IMG/VR virus record: IMGVR_UViG_3300009965_000007 | Span: 1 to 60,206 of that record | Direction: 5' to 3' (one strand) | Source: a virus | DNA length: 60,206 nucleotides | In this document: piece by piece, positions 27,601 to 36,254 of the stretch | How positions within the stretch are numbered: the first letter of the stretch is position 1 | How the letters are laid out: each line of letters starts with the position of its first letter | Program-made: the position numbers and the translations under genes | The notes under the pieces: generated by a model | The model's database searches: none | Told to the model about the DNA's origin: nothing | The model's input: the letters and a program-made list of their open reading frames with translations, nothing else

Positions 27601-27789
27601 TTCTGTATAAACTGGTTCGCCAACCTGTCGTTGGTGCAAAGGTTTGCTGTAATTGCGGCAATCACGGCATTTTGCTGTGTGTTGTTTTCTGCAATGGCAG
27701 CAAACCTTTTTGTGTTTTCGGCAAGCTGTATAGCATTTTATGTAGCTTGCAAATGGGTAGGAATGTTAGAGATTGATATCGAGGAATGA
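27580..27789 (+). CDS. Small two-helix membrane protein
   Basis: Starts within a triple in-frame ATG repeat (MKEMKEI...) and has two hydrophobic segments. Confidence 0.45.
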   Translation: MKEMKEIFCINWFANLSLVQRFAVIAAITAFCCVLFSAMAANLFVFSASCIAFYVACKWVGMLEIDIEE

Positions 27790-28061
27790 TGTCGCGTGAG
27801 CTTGACATAATAGCAAACAGAATGGCTAACATTCTTGCCGACAAGGTAGCCGACAAGGTTGTGGAAAAATTAGGCTTTAATGCTGGTGCAATGATGACAC
27901 GCAAGGAAGCTGCAAAGTTTTTAGGCTATTCAGAAAGCTATGTTAAGAAGCTCAACATTCCAACATACAAAATAGGGCGCAAAGCCCTGTACAAGAAAGA
28001 GGACTTAACGGCTTTCCTCACAGCAAAAGCCGAAAGGGAGAGAAGCCTTATAAAACGGTAG
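27786..28061 (+). CDS. xis: Excisionase-like / MerR-type HTH DNA-binding protein
   Basis: 'MTRKEAAKFLGYSESYVKKLNIPTYKIGRKALYKKEDLTAFL' resembles the HTH_17/excisionase pattern. Confidence 0.6.
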   Translation: MMSRELDIIANRMANILADKVADKVVEKLGFNAGAMMTRKEAAKFLGYSESYVKKLNIPTYKIGRKALYKKEDLTAFLTAKAERERSLIKR

Positions 28062-28098
28062 GCAGCTTAAATCTGTGGTTCGATTCCACTTCTCTCCA
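28037..28098 (+). other. tRNA 3'-half-like / tRNA-like element
   Basis: GTGG-TTCGATT-CCAC T-arm (28075-28089), then TCTCTCC-A (28091-28098), which pairs with GGAGAGA (28037-28043). CAG-CTTAAAT-CTG stem-loop at 28063-28075. No D-arm. Confidence 0.45.
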
Positions 28099-28565
28099 CT
28101 ATTTTAAAAGTGGTCTTTGACTTATTGATACAAAAGAAACAAAGAAAGAACATACATATTGTTTATATAGCACGCAAAAACGTCATAGCGTAGAGAGTAG
28201 GCAGGGTTGGCGTCTGTCTCGCATAAACAATATACTATATAGATTTTAGACGTAAGTACGCAACGCACCTTTACAACACGTAAAGAGAATAGCTGTTGGG
28301 GTCGCTTGCGTGGGAAACAACTTCGTATGTAAGCTCTATTCTGCTACGCTTTCATCTTCTCTACACAGAGTGGGTACTGCGCAAGTGGAAATATACAGAG
28401 TGCCTATCGTGATTTTGGTGGCTAACTGGGGACGAATGGGTGTATATATGCGAAGACTTCTTAACTGCGTGGCGATATTTGATAGTAAATAGCACTTTGC
28501 GAAAGGAGCAAAAGCAAAGCATACATCTAAAATAAATTTTGAACAATACTAAATTTCAATATAAA

Positions 28566-28626
28566 CCCACTCCGCACGCTTTAGCGGTGCTGCAATCGAA
28601 TTGAGAGTGGGTCCTTTTCCATTTTT
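28566..28626 (+). terminator. Compound hairpin followed by a T-rich tract
   Basis: CCCACTC (28566-28572) pairs with GAGTGGG (28605-28611). Inner hairpin GCACGC-TTTA-GCGGTGC. Followed by 'tccttttccattttt'. Confidence 0.4.
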
Positions 28627-28752
28627 ATAATATGATTTCTTGATTTTTCAGTTGCAGCCGCTTGTGATAAGTCGCTGCAGCAACTAATGTATTTTGTTAA
28701 TGTATAGACTATAATAATTATTATCTGCAGAGGCAGATGTTACCTTTATCGA

Positions 28753-28784
28753 ATGTGCAACTCGTGATGAGCTGCACATTTTTT
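28753..28784 (+). terminator. Intrinsic terminator at the end of the ORF-free region
   Basis: ATGTGCAaCTC-gtgat-GAGcTGCACAT stem followed by TTTTT. Confidence 0.75.
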
Positions 28785-28881
28785 ATATAGCTTGTGAACT
28801 GCACGGTGTGGGATAAACTTGGTCTGCGGTTCGTCTCCGCCAAAAACTACAAATTATAAAATAATAAACAATAAAAACAAT

Positions 28882-29493
28882 ATGGCAAAAAGAGATAGCT
28901 TTTTGAGGTTCGCCGTTAAGGCAAACTTCGAAGAAAAAAGAGTAGTTGCCTATGAAGATGGCGATGAAACATTCCATACGATGAAGCACGAAAGCGAAGA
29001 AGACGAGGCACACGTCTTTCGTACGTTTAAAAACGCTTATATCGAAGTGTATAAGTGTTTTCCTAATGAAGATGGCATCAGAAAAGAGTTTGAAAAGGTT
29101 AAGGAAGCCAACAAAGAGGCTCACAATAGCCTCAAAGAATCTTTTAAAGAGTTCGTAACTCTGCCCGAAATAAAGCTCGAAAAATCAAAAATAGAGTTTT
29201 CGGAGGAGAAAATATTGGGAGAACTCGATTTAAGCAAGGAAGAATACAGATTCCTTGCGAATAAGGAAAGCCACACCTTTGGAGGCAGGGGCAATTTCCT
29301 TATCACTTACAACGGTAAGGAGTTTTTGGGAGTGGTAACCAACAGCGAGCATTTCGTATGGTCGCAATTGCGGTCGGAATACCACCCACGAGAGATACAA
29401 GGCGCAACCCATATTGATAAGTACGGGTTGCCCGAAGATTTATATAGCTTGCTATATGATTTGTTTCAGGCAAGTTTAGAAGAATTATTATAA
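28882..29493 (+). CDS. Hypothetical early protein
   Basis: ATG at 28882 (MAKRDSF...). About 203 aa. First gene of the early operon. Confidence 0.6.
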   Translation: MAKRDSFLRFAVKANFEEKRVVAYEDGDETFHTMKHESEEDEAHVFRTFKNAYIEVYKCFPNEDGIRKEFEKVKEANKEAHNSLKESFKEFVTLPEIKLEKSKIEFSEEKILGELDLSKEEYRFLANKESHTFGGRGNFLITYNGKEFLGVVTNSEHFVWSQLRSEYHPREIQGATHIDKYGLPEDLYSLLYDLFQASLEELL

Positions 29494-29510
29494 CTATAAA
29501 CATTATCATA

Positions 29511-31493
29511 ATGAAAATTCATTTTAAAACACTCACATTAAAAAATTTCAAAGGATTTTTAGGTGAGAAAACAATCAACTTCTGTGATACGGTAACTTCC
29601 ATATATGGAGCGAATCACACAGGAAAGACAACCGTCATAGATGCAATTCTATGGGTATTATTCGACAAGAACAGCGAGGGTGCAAGCGTCTTTGGCATAG
29701 ACACCAAAGACGAAAACAATAACGTAATTCCAAAATTGGAACACTGCGTTAAGCTTACGCTGTCAGTAGACGGAGTAGAACGCACTCTTGAAAAGGTGCG
29801 TAAAGACGTGTGGAGCAAGCCACGAGGACAAAAAGAAGAAGTCCTCTCAGGGCACACCACGAACTATTTTATAAGTGGCAACAAGTACACACAAACAGAG
29901 TACAAGGCAGAAATAGCAAATATATTGCCCGAAGCCCTGTTTAAATGCATAACAAACCCTATGTTCTTTCCAACCTTACCACCAATCGAACAACGTATGT
30001 TACTCGAACAGATGGTAGGAGAAACAAACTTTGTCGATGTTGTAGCTCAAAAAGAAGAATGGGCTTTGCTCGAAAAGTACATAGAGAATGGGGATATAGA
30101 AAGGTTTAGAGAAAACCTTGCATACAAGATTAAGGGTATAAAAGAGGAACTCAAACTTATTCCAAGCCGAATTAGTGAGCATACTAACGAACTTGCAGAG
30201 TTGCAAAGCAAAGATTACAACTTCCCCATACTCGAAAAGCGCATTGCGGAAATAGAAAAAGGTCTGCAGCATTATGATGATATGCTTGCCGATGCAAGCA
30301 AGGGCAGTGATGAGAAATACAAAGCCAAAATGGCTGTCCGCAAGCAGATACAAGCCTATGAAGCTGAACGAGACAGCATCATAAACGGCATAGAGAAAGA
30401 AAACAAGAGTGCTATTGATAAGCACGCAAGTAATATTGAAAACATACAGCGTGCTTTGAAAGATTTAAAAGGTAGTATTTCTTTCGTGGAGAGTGCGCAA
30501 AACGCATGCGAGCGTAGGTTGCAAGCCCTCATCGAACACAAGGAAGACTATCGCAAACGATGGCAACAGATAGAGGACGAGGCATTTGTGTGGGACGCAA
30601 ACAATGAAGTTTGCCCTACGTGCCACCAGCGACTTCCACAAGAAGATATTGACGAATTGCGTGAGCGTTTGCAAGGCAACTTCAACGAGAATAAGGCGAA
30701 GAAACAAGAAGCCTTAGATATAGAGGCGCAAAACATATTGGAGACACAAAAGAAAATAAATGAGGAAACAGAACGTCTCCAAAAGGACAAGGATAATACT
30801 CTTACAAGCATATCTGTGCTTGAAAAGAAATTAGAGGAAGCAAAAGGCACTCAACCCGAAAAGAAAGACTACACGACGGATAGCAGAGTTATTGAACTTA
30901 CAAACCTCATCAAAGGCGAAGAGGACAAGTTACAGCAACTCGAACAGGAAGAGGATAACACTACACAACAGGAGGCAATTAACCGTATAAAAGAGCAGAA
31001 GCAAGGACAACAGCAGCTCCGAGACCAACTCCGAGACCAACTCCAAACCAAAAAACAGATAGAGCGCAAGGAAAAGCGCATCGCTGAACTCACAGCAGAG
31101 CAGCAAAGCCTTAGTCAGCAGCTAACAGATTTAGAGCAGCAGGACAATGCAGCTATGAAGCTGGTGCAGTTTTATATAGAAGAGTTGGAAAAGAAAGTGA
31201 ATAAGATGTTTGATATTGTAAAATTTACAATGTTTGAACACCACCTTAATGGTAATATCAAAACAAAGTGCGAATGCACGATGCACGGCACACCTTACCA
31301 AGATTTATCGAACAGCGAAAAGATAAACGCTGGAATAGATATCATTAACGCTATGTGCAGGCATCGCAATGCTTTTGCGCCTATCATAATAGATAATGCA
31401 GAAAGCATCACAGATATATTGCCAACGGCAAGCCAGCAAATACGCCTGGTGGTAAGTGCGCAAGACAAAGAACTAACAGTAGTAAACTCTTAA
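29511..31493 (+). CDS. Rad50/SbcC-like AAA ATPase with coiled coil and CxxC hook
   Basis: Walker A 'GANHTGKTT', a long coiled-coil middle with 'CPTCHQRLP', and a C-terminal 'IIIDNAESI' Walker-B-like motif. Confidence 0.8.
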   Translation: MKIHFKTLTLKNFKGFLGEKTINFCDTVTSIYGANHTGKTTVIDAILWVLFDKNSEGASVFGIDTKDENNNVIPKLEHCVKLTLSVDGVERTLEKVRKDVWSKPRGQKEEVLSGHTTNYFISGNKYTQTEYKAEIANILPEALFKCITNPMFFPTLPPIEQRMLLEQMVGETNFVDVVAQKEEWALLEKYIENGDIERFRENLAYKIKGIKEELKLIPSRISEHTNELAELQSKDYNFPILEKRIAEIEKGLQHYDDMLADASKGSDEKYKAKMAVRKQIQAYEAERDSIINGIEKENKSAIDKHASNIENIQRALKDLKGSISFVESAQNACERRLQALIEHKEDYRKRWQQIEDEAFVWDANNEVCPTCHQRLPQEDIDELRERLQGNFNENKAKKQEALDIEAQNILETQKKINEETERLQKDKDNTLTSISVLEKKLEEAKGTQPEKKDYTTDSRVIELTNLIKGEEDKLQQLEQEEDNTTQQEAINRIKEQKQGQQQLRDQLRDQLQTKKQIERKEKRIAELTAEQQSLSQQLTDLEQQDNAAMKLVQFYIEELEKKVNKMFDIVKFTMFEHHLNGNIKTKCECTMHGTPYQDLSNSEKINAGIDIINAMCRHRNAFAPIIIDNAESITDILPTASQQIRLVVSAQDKELTVVNS

Positions 31494-31508
31494 AAACAAA
31501 AAATAATT

Positions 31509-32429
31509 ATGACACAACAACAAACAACAGCAACAGCACAACTTCCATCACAAAGTAATACAGCATTAAAGGAAATGCAGGAAAAAACCGTAAATGCGGT
31601 TATGAAACAGGTTGAAGAGCTAAAACAATCAGGCGGACTTGTGCTGCCAAAAGATTATAATGTAGGTAATGCTCTTAAAAGTGCGTGGATATACCTGCAA
31701 ACAATAGAGACACGCACCAAGCAGAAAGCAATAGATGTATGCACCAAATTAAGCATTTGTAATTGCTTACTCGAAATGGTGATACGTGGACAGCACCCTA
31801 AAAAACACTGCTACTTTATTGCTTGTGGTAACTCTCTTGAATATTGGGAACGCTACACGGGGAAGCTATTGCGTGCAAAGCGTGATACCAATATACAAGA
31901 AGTGGTGGCACAGGTCATCTATGAGGGAGATAATTTTGTCTACGGTGTAGACAAGAACGGATATTATCAATTGATAAAACACGAGACAGCAATAGAAAAC
32001 ATCAATCCCGACAAAATCAAAGCAGCTTATGCTGTCGTGATTTACAAAGATGGTAACAAGCATTTGGAGGTTATGACAATGGACCAAATCCGCAAGTCGT
32101 GGCAGCAAGGTGCAGCACGTGGCGCAAGTGGTGCGCATCAAAACTTCACAGACCAAATGTGCAAGAAAACAGTCATTGCACGTGCTTGCAAAATAGAATT
32201 AGATAGTGCAACTGACGGAGAAGAGGAAGAGTTGTCTATGACACCACCAAACGCAGCTGAAACTATTCGAGACGCAGCACAACAGCAAATAACAGTGCAG
32301 GCGAACGAAACCCCACAGTTGGAAAATAAGAAGCAGGAAACTATTGATTTTTCAGAGTCTGCAGTATATGAACCAGTAGCCGACACTCCACAACCCGATA
32401 ACAAAAGCGAGCGCAAGTGTCCCATCTAA
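31509..32429 (+). CDS. recT: RecT-like single-strand annealing protein (putative)
   Basis: 306 aa, lying between the SbcC-like ATPase and an MBL-fold hydrolase. The central region looks RecT-like and the C-terminus is acidic. Confidence 0.55.
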   Translation: MTQQQTTATAQLPSQSNTALKEMQEKTVNAVMKQVEELKQSGGLVLPKDYNVGNALKSAWIYLQTIETRTKQKAIDVCTKLSICNCLLEMVIRGQHPKKHCYFIACGNSLEYWERYTGKLLRAKRDTNIQEVVAQVIYEGDNFVYGVDKNGYYQLIKHETAIENINPDKIKAAYAVVIYKDGNKHLEVMTMDQIRKSWQQGAARGASGAHQNFTDQMCKKTVIARACKIELDSATDGEEEELSMTPPNAAETIRDAAQQQITVQANETPQLENKKQETIDFSESAVYEPVADTPQPDNKSERKCPI

Positions 32430-32448
32430 TATATAAAAGGTAAAAGCA

Positions 32449-33165
32449 ATGGTATTAACTTGCATTGGCAGTTCCTCCAAAGGGAACTGCTACGTAATTC
32501 AGAACGACAGTGAAGCCTTGATAATAGAAGCAGGGCTACCACTGCTGGAAGCCAAAAAGGTTTTAAACTGGAATATTCAAAAGGTGGTCGGCTGTTTGGT
32601 TTCGCACCAGCACGGAGACCACGCAGCATTCGCAAGGGAGTACACCGATGCAGCAATACCATTGCTTGCGCCCGAAGAGACTATTAAAACAAAGAATTTA
32701 GGCTACAGTGCTAAAGCTGCAGAACACGGCAAATGTTACAAGTTAGGCAACTTTAAAGTTATACCTTTCAATGTGTACCACGATGTGCCGTGCGTAGGAT
32801 ACCTTGTATGGCATAAAGAGTTTGGCAAACTATTCTTTGCAACAGATACCTATGCAGTACCTTACAACTTCAATGGCATTAACCATTGGCTCATAGAAGC
32901 CAACTATTCGGACGAGATATTGGACAGCAATATCATCAGCGGACGAGTACCAGCGATTATGAGAGACCGATTGATGTTGAGCCATTTAAGCATTGCCAAT
33001 GCAATTGGTATATTAAAGCGGAACGATTTGAGCCAAACAGAACACATTGTGTTATTGCACCTGTCAGACGGCAACAGCAACGAAGCCGAATTTGTAAGAG
33101 CAGTCCGCAGGGCAACAGGCAAGCGCACGGTAGCCGCCAAAAGAGGGGTAGAAATAACATTATAA
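32449..33165 (+). CDS. Metallo-beta-lactamase-fold hydrolase (nuclease candidate)
   Basis: HxHxDH motif 'SHQHGDHA'. 238 aa. Confidence 0.85.
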   Translation: MVLTCIGSSSKGNCYVIQNDSEALIIEAGLPLLEAKKVLNWNIQKVVGCLVSHQHGDHAAFAREYTDAAIPLLAPEETIKTKNLGYSAKAAEHGKCYKLGNFKVIPFNVYHDVPCVGYLVWHKEFGKLFFATDTYAVPYNFNGINHWLIEANYSDEILDSNIISGRVPAIMRDRLMLSHLSIANAIGILKRNDLSQTEHIVLLHLSDGNSNEAEFVRAVRRATGKRTVAAKRGVEITL

Positions 33166-33213
33166 AAATACAATGGGAATAATTAACAAAAACGCAAACA
33201 AAAAAAAGAAATT

Positions 33214-33636
33214 ATGCAGAAAGTATTAGGACAAGACATCAAGAACTTGGACGAGCGCAAACAGTTCCTTATCGACAATGCAGACGAAGTTGTCGAAATG
33301 GATTACAGTAAAGCGTTTGATGCCGACGAACTTGCAAAGAAGAAGACTACACTTGCAGAGAAGTCTATCAAAATTCATGACCTGCAAGAAGAAATTAAAG
33401 ACTTCAAAGCAGAAAAGAACCTTGAATTAAAACCTCTAAAAGAGGACGTCGAAGAACTGCTTGCCGACATTAAGGCGAAGAGCCGCGTCGTAACAGAAAA
33501 AGTCTACAAATTCGTAAACGAAGAAGAACGTATGGCGTGCTTCTATAATGCAGAGGGTGTACTTGTGTCAAGTCGCCCTGCAACAAGAGACGAACTCTCA
33601 CCAACTTTGTTCAAAGAGTTCAAAAAAGCAGAGTAA
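33214..33636 (+). CDS. Hypothetical coiled-coil protein
   Basis: 140 aa, rich in charged heptad-like sequence. Confidence 0.55.
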   Translation: MQKVLGQDIKNLDERKQFLIDNADEVVEMDYSKAFDADELAKKKTTLAEKSIKIHDLQEEIKDFKAEKNLELKPLKEDVEELLADIKAKSRVVTEKVYKFVNEEERMACFYNAEGVLVSSRPATRDELSPTLFKEFKKAE

Positions 33637-33660
33637 CAAACCAATTAACAACATTTAATT

Positions 33661-34404
33661 ATGACAAACGAAAAAATGCAAATCAATCTTGATAAGGACT
33701 GTCAAAAGGCAGAGGTTATCATTCGCGAAGTGGGCAATGTGAACGAGCTGCCCGTGCTTGAACCCGAAAACCTCAACGTAAGAGGTACTATTGGGGCTAT
33801 TTTATCATTCCTCGAGAAACGCTGGGGTTGCGATGGTCAGATAGACCGTGAACACACGCATATCATTGTAGACCGAGATAACCTAACAATGGTGCTTGTC
33901 TGCAACGAGACAGACAAACGTAACAGAATTATCGTTACAGGACAATTGCAGCTGTCCCGTCAGTTTGAAGCGTTCCACATCAATGATGGCTATGAATGGG
34001 AACCTATTCAGCTTAGCCAATTCATCAAGATGAGCCGTGCTTACTTTGCCGAGCGTGATACCAACATGAAATTGGTGTCAGTCTTTAAGAACTTCAAGGC
34101 AAAGGTGAACACCGACTACGAGCGAGACCGCAAGGAAAACGGTTCATATATGGACAACTATTCACAAATTGTAGATTCCAATATGCCCGACCGCTTCTTT
34201 GTAGTACTGCCGATTTTCAAAGGCACAAAAGCGCAGTCTATCGAAGTGGAAACGTATGCCACTATCAATGGGCACGACGTAACGGTGCAGCTTATTTCCC
34301 CAAGTGCACAGCAAGTTGTAGAAGAAACACTGGACACTATCATTGATGAACAGATTGAAGCCATCAAGGAGATTGCGCCCGAAATCCCATTCATCGAGAA
34401 ATAG
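33661..34404 (+). CDS. Hypothetical protein
   Basis: 247-aa ORF in the early operon. Confidence 0.6.
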   Translation: MTNEKMQINLDKDCQKAEVIIREVGNVNELPVLEPENLNVRGTIGAILSFLEKRWGCDGQIDREHTHIIVDRDNLTMVLVCNETDKRNRIIVTGQLQLSRQFEAFHINDGYEWEPIQLSQFIKMSRAYFAERDTNMKLVSVFKNFKAKVNTDYERDRKENGSYMDNYSQIVDSNMPDRFFVVLPIFKGTKAQSIEVETYATINGHDVTVQLISPSAQQVVEETLDTIIDEQIEAIKEIAPEIPFIEK

Positions 34405-34423
34405 ACAACAACGTATGGTTTTT

Positions 34424-34628
34424 GGATAGGTGGCGGAATTGGTAGACGCTAAACTTAAGTCGGTGAGAGGGGAATATGGGAGAGACCATTACAACAGAAG
34501 CCGTGTAAGCACCTCTAACGTGGTATATTCCTATAAATCAAGTGAAAATATTAAGACATGTGCAACGCTTAGTTGGTAACGGCTAACACTTGATATAGCT
34601 CGTGCAGGTTCGAGTCCTGCTCTATCCA
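34424..34628 (+). tRNA. Interrupted class-II tRNA(Leu)-like gene (205 nt, about 118 nt of extra sequence at the anticodon-arm position)
   Basis: Acceptor GGATAGG/TCTATCC plus A. D-arm GCGGAATTGGTAGACGC (as in tRNA-Leu). T-arm GCAGG-TTCGAGT-CCTGC. Variable-arm-like hairpin ACGGCTA/TAGCTCGT. CTTAAGT (anticodon-loop-like, TAA) at 34454-34460. Confidence 0.55.
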
Positions 34629-34642
34629 TTAATTTAAAATAA

Positions 34643-35146
34643 ATGTCTAACAAAAAAACAAAAAAAATTATGCGTAAAATGGAAGAAAAAATGAAACAAT
34701 ACACTTGTACTAAAAGTGTAAAAGCAGCACCCTGTGATTTGTTTGATGCGCAGGAAATCATAGGTCGAAAAATCTATGGAGATGATAGTGAGAATATGAT
34801 GGGTTATCTCATTCAATACGAAGACGGCTATATGTCATGGTCGCCTAAAAAAGCTTTCGAGGAGGGCTATGTATTAACTGAAACTTTCATTAATAGAATG
34901 GAATTTGAGCTTACAGAGCTAACCCAGCGTATCAACAAGGCTATGCAAGCGTGCTTTACAATCGGCACATTGCATTGGTACAAACGGCAAGAACTTATGA
35001 GACAATTAGAGCATATGCAAAAATATGCTGATGCTCTTTATCAACGTATCGAAAGAGCAAAAGAAGACGAATCTCAGCAGAAAGAGCGTTCAATCATAGT
35101 TGAGCGATATGTAAAAAGAAGACCAATAGAAAATAAGGAAATATAA
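34643..35146 (+). CDS. Hypothetical protein
   Basis: 167-aa ORF. Several in-frame ATGs near the start. Confidence 0.55.
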   Translation: MSNKKTKKIMRKMEEKMKQYTCTKSVKAAPCDLFDAQEIIGRKIYGDDSENMMGYLIQYEDGYMSWSPKKAFEEGYVLTETFINRMEFELTELTQRINKAMQACFTIGTLHWYKRQELMRQLEHMQKYADALYQRIERAKEDESQQKERSIIVERYVKRRPIENKEI

Positions 35147-35152
35147 TAAGCT

Positions 35153-35563
35153 ATGAGTTTGACTTTTGAGCAAGCATTGACTCAACAGAAAGCCAAGCGC
35201 AAATCACCCTCTAATGAGGAGCACCGCATACAATGTTCTTGTGTGCGGTGGTTTAATTTAAAGCATAGAAAGTTACAAGGTCGTCTTTTCGCAGTTCCCA
35301 ATGGAGGTAAACGAGATGCACGCACAGCTGCAATACTCAAAGAAGAGGGCGTTGTGGCAGGTGTGGCAGACTTAATACTGCTTATTCCTAATCGTTTTTA
35401 TGGAGCTTTGCTTATAGAAATGAAAACAGCAAAGGGCAAGCAAAGTCCATCGCAAAAGCAATGGGAGAAGCTTGTAACGGAGCAGGGAGAATATAAATAT
35501 ATCGTCTGCCATTCGTTGGACGAATTTATAAATGAAGTAGAAAGTTACCTTAAATTTCAATAA
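35153..35563 (+). CDS. VRR-NUC domain nuclease
   Basis: 'FAVPNGGKRDARTAAILKEEGVVAGVADLILL...LLIEMKTAKGKQSPSQKQW' fits the VRR-NUC PD-(D/E)xK pattern. Confidence 0.8.
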   Translation: MSLTFEQALTQQKAKRKSPSNEEHRIQCSCVRWFNLKHRKLQGRLFAVPNGGKRDARTAAILKEEGVVAGVADLILLIPNRFYGALLIEMKTAKGKQSPSQKQWEKLVTEQGEYKYIVCHSLDEFINEVESYLKFQ

Positions 35564-35564
35564 A

Positions 35565-36254
35565 ATGGATATTGATTATTACCCTATCGAAATTAGTATC
35601 TTCCAAGATGCTAAAGTACGAAAGCTTATACAATATCAGGGAGCAAAAGCAGCAACAGTATATATATATCTGTTATGTGAAATATATCGTAATGGATATT
35701 ATATATCGTGGAATAAGACCACAGTACAACTTGTTATACAAGCTTTAAATTTAGATGTAGCTTTCGTAAAGGAAGCTGTAATTTGTTGTGCAAAAGTAGG
35801 ATTATTCAATTCTGAATATCTATACAAAGAAAAGATTCTAACATCAAAGGGCATTCAGAAACGATACCTAAGAATTTCTAAGCTATGCAACAACTCTATA
35901 GCCATAGAAGATTACAGTTGCATAGAAAACAAACAATGTGTCAAACAAAAAAACACTACAGGAATAGATAAAGAAATTGAAGAACTAAAACTATCCTGTG
36001 TATGGCTCGACAACTTACAAACATTGCATCACTTACCAAAAGATGTATTAATAAACAAGTTGGACGATTTTAAACTGCAATGTTTGGCAGATGGAATAGA
36101 GGAACACGCCAATATCAGAGATGCAAAGCAGCACTTCAATAATTGGTTAAGAAAAATGCAAAACAATGAAAGCAATAGACAAGAAACAAAAAATAGACGT
36201 AGAGGCAATGTTCTCACTTCTTCTAAAAAGAAAGAATATACCGACACGTTTTAG
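35565..36254 (+). CDS. Replication initiation / DnaD-like organiser (putative)
   Basis: The N-terminal 'YYPIEISIFQDAKVRKLIQYQGAKAATVYIYLLCEIYRNGYY' resembles phage replisome-organiser N-terminal domains. Precedes the DnaC-like gene. Confidence 0.5.
   Translation: MDIDYYPIEISIFQDAKVRKLIQYQGAKAATVYIYLLCEIYRNGYYISWNKTTVQLVIQALNLDVAFVKEAVICCAKVGLFNSEYLYKEKILTSKGIQKRYLRISKLCNNSIAIEDYSCIENKQCVKQKNTTGIDKEIEELKLSCVWLDNLQTLHHLPKDVLINKLDDFKLQCLADGIEEHANIRDAKQHFNNWLRKMQNNESNRQETKNRRRGNVLTSSKKKEYTDTF

Noticed and set aside
27204-27665. 153-aa minus-strand ORF overlapping 27187..27501.
   Set aside because: It is antisense to the + strand early operon in a locally GC-rich patch. Its translation is Ala/Ser/Leu-rich without structure-like features, while the + strand ORF is tightly coupled to the cro-like gene.
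28310-28546. 60- and 61-aa ORFs on opposite strands inside the 0.8-kb ORF-free region.
   Set aside because: They are mutually overlapping, sit at the length threshold and have no plausible start context. The region is better explained as RNA or regulatory DNA.
34454-34570. Calling the tRNA insert a group I intron.
   Set aside because: At about 118 nt it is well below the usual group I size. I could not identify P1/IGS, a P7 G-binding site or canonical splice-site context by eye, so it is left as an unresolved insert.
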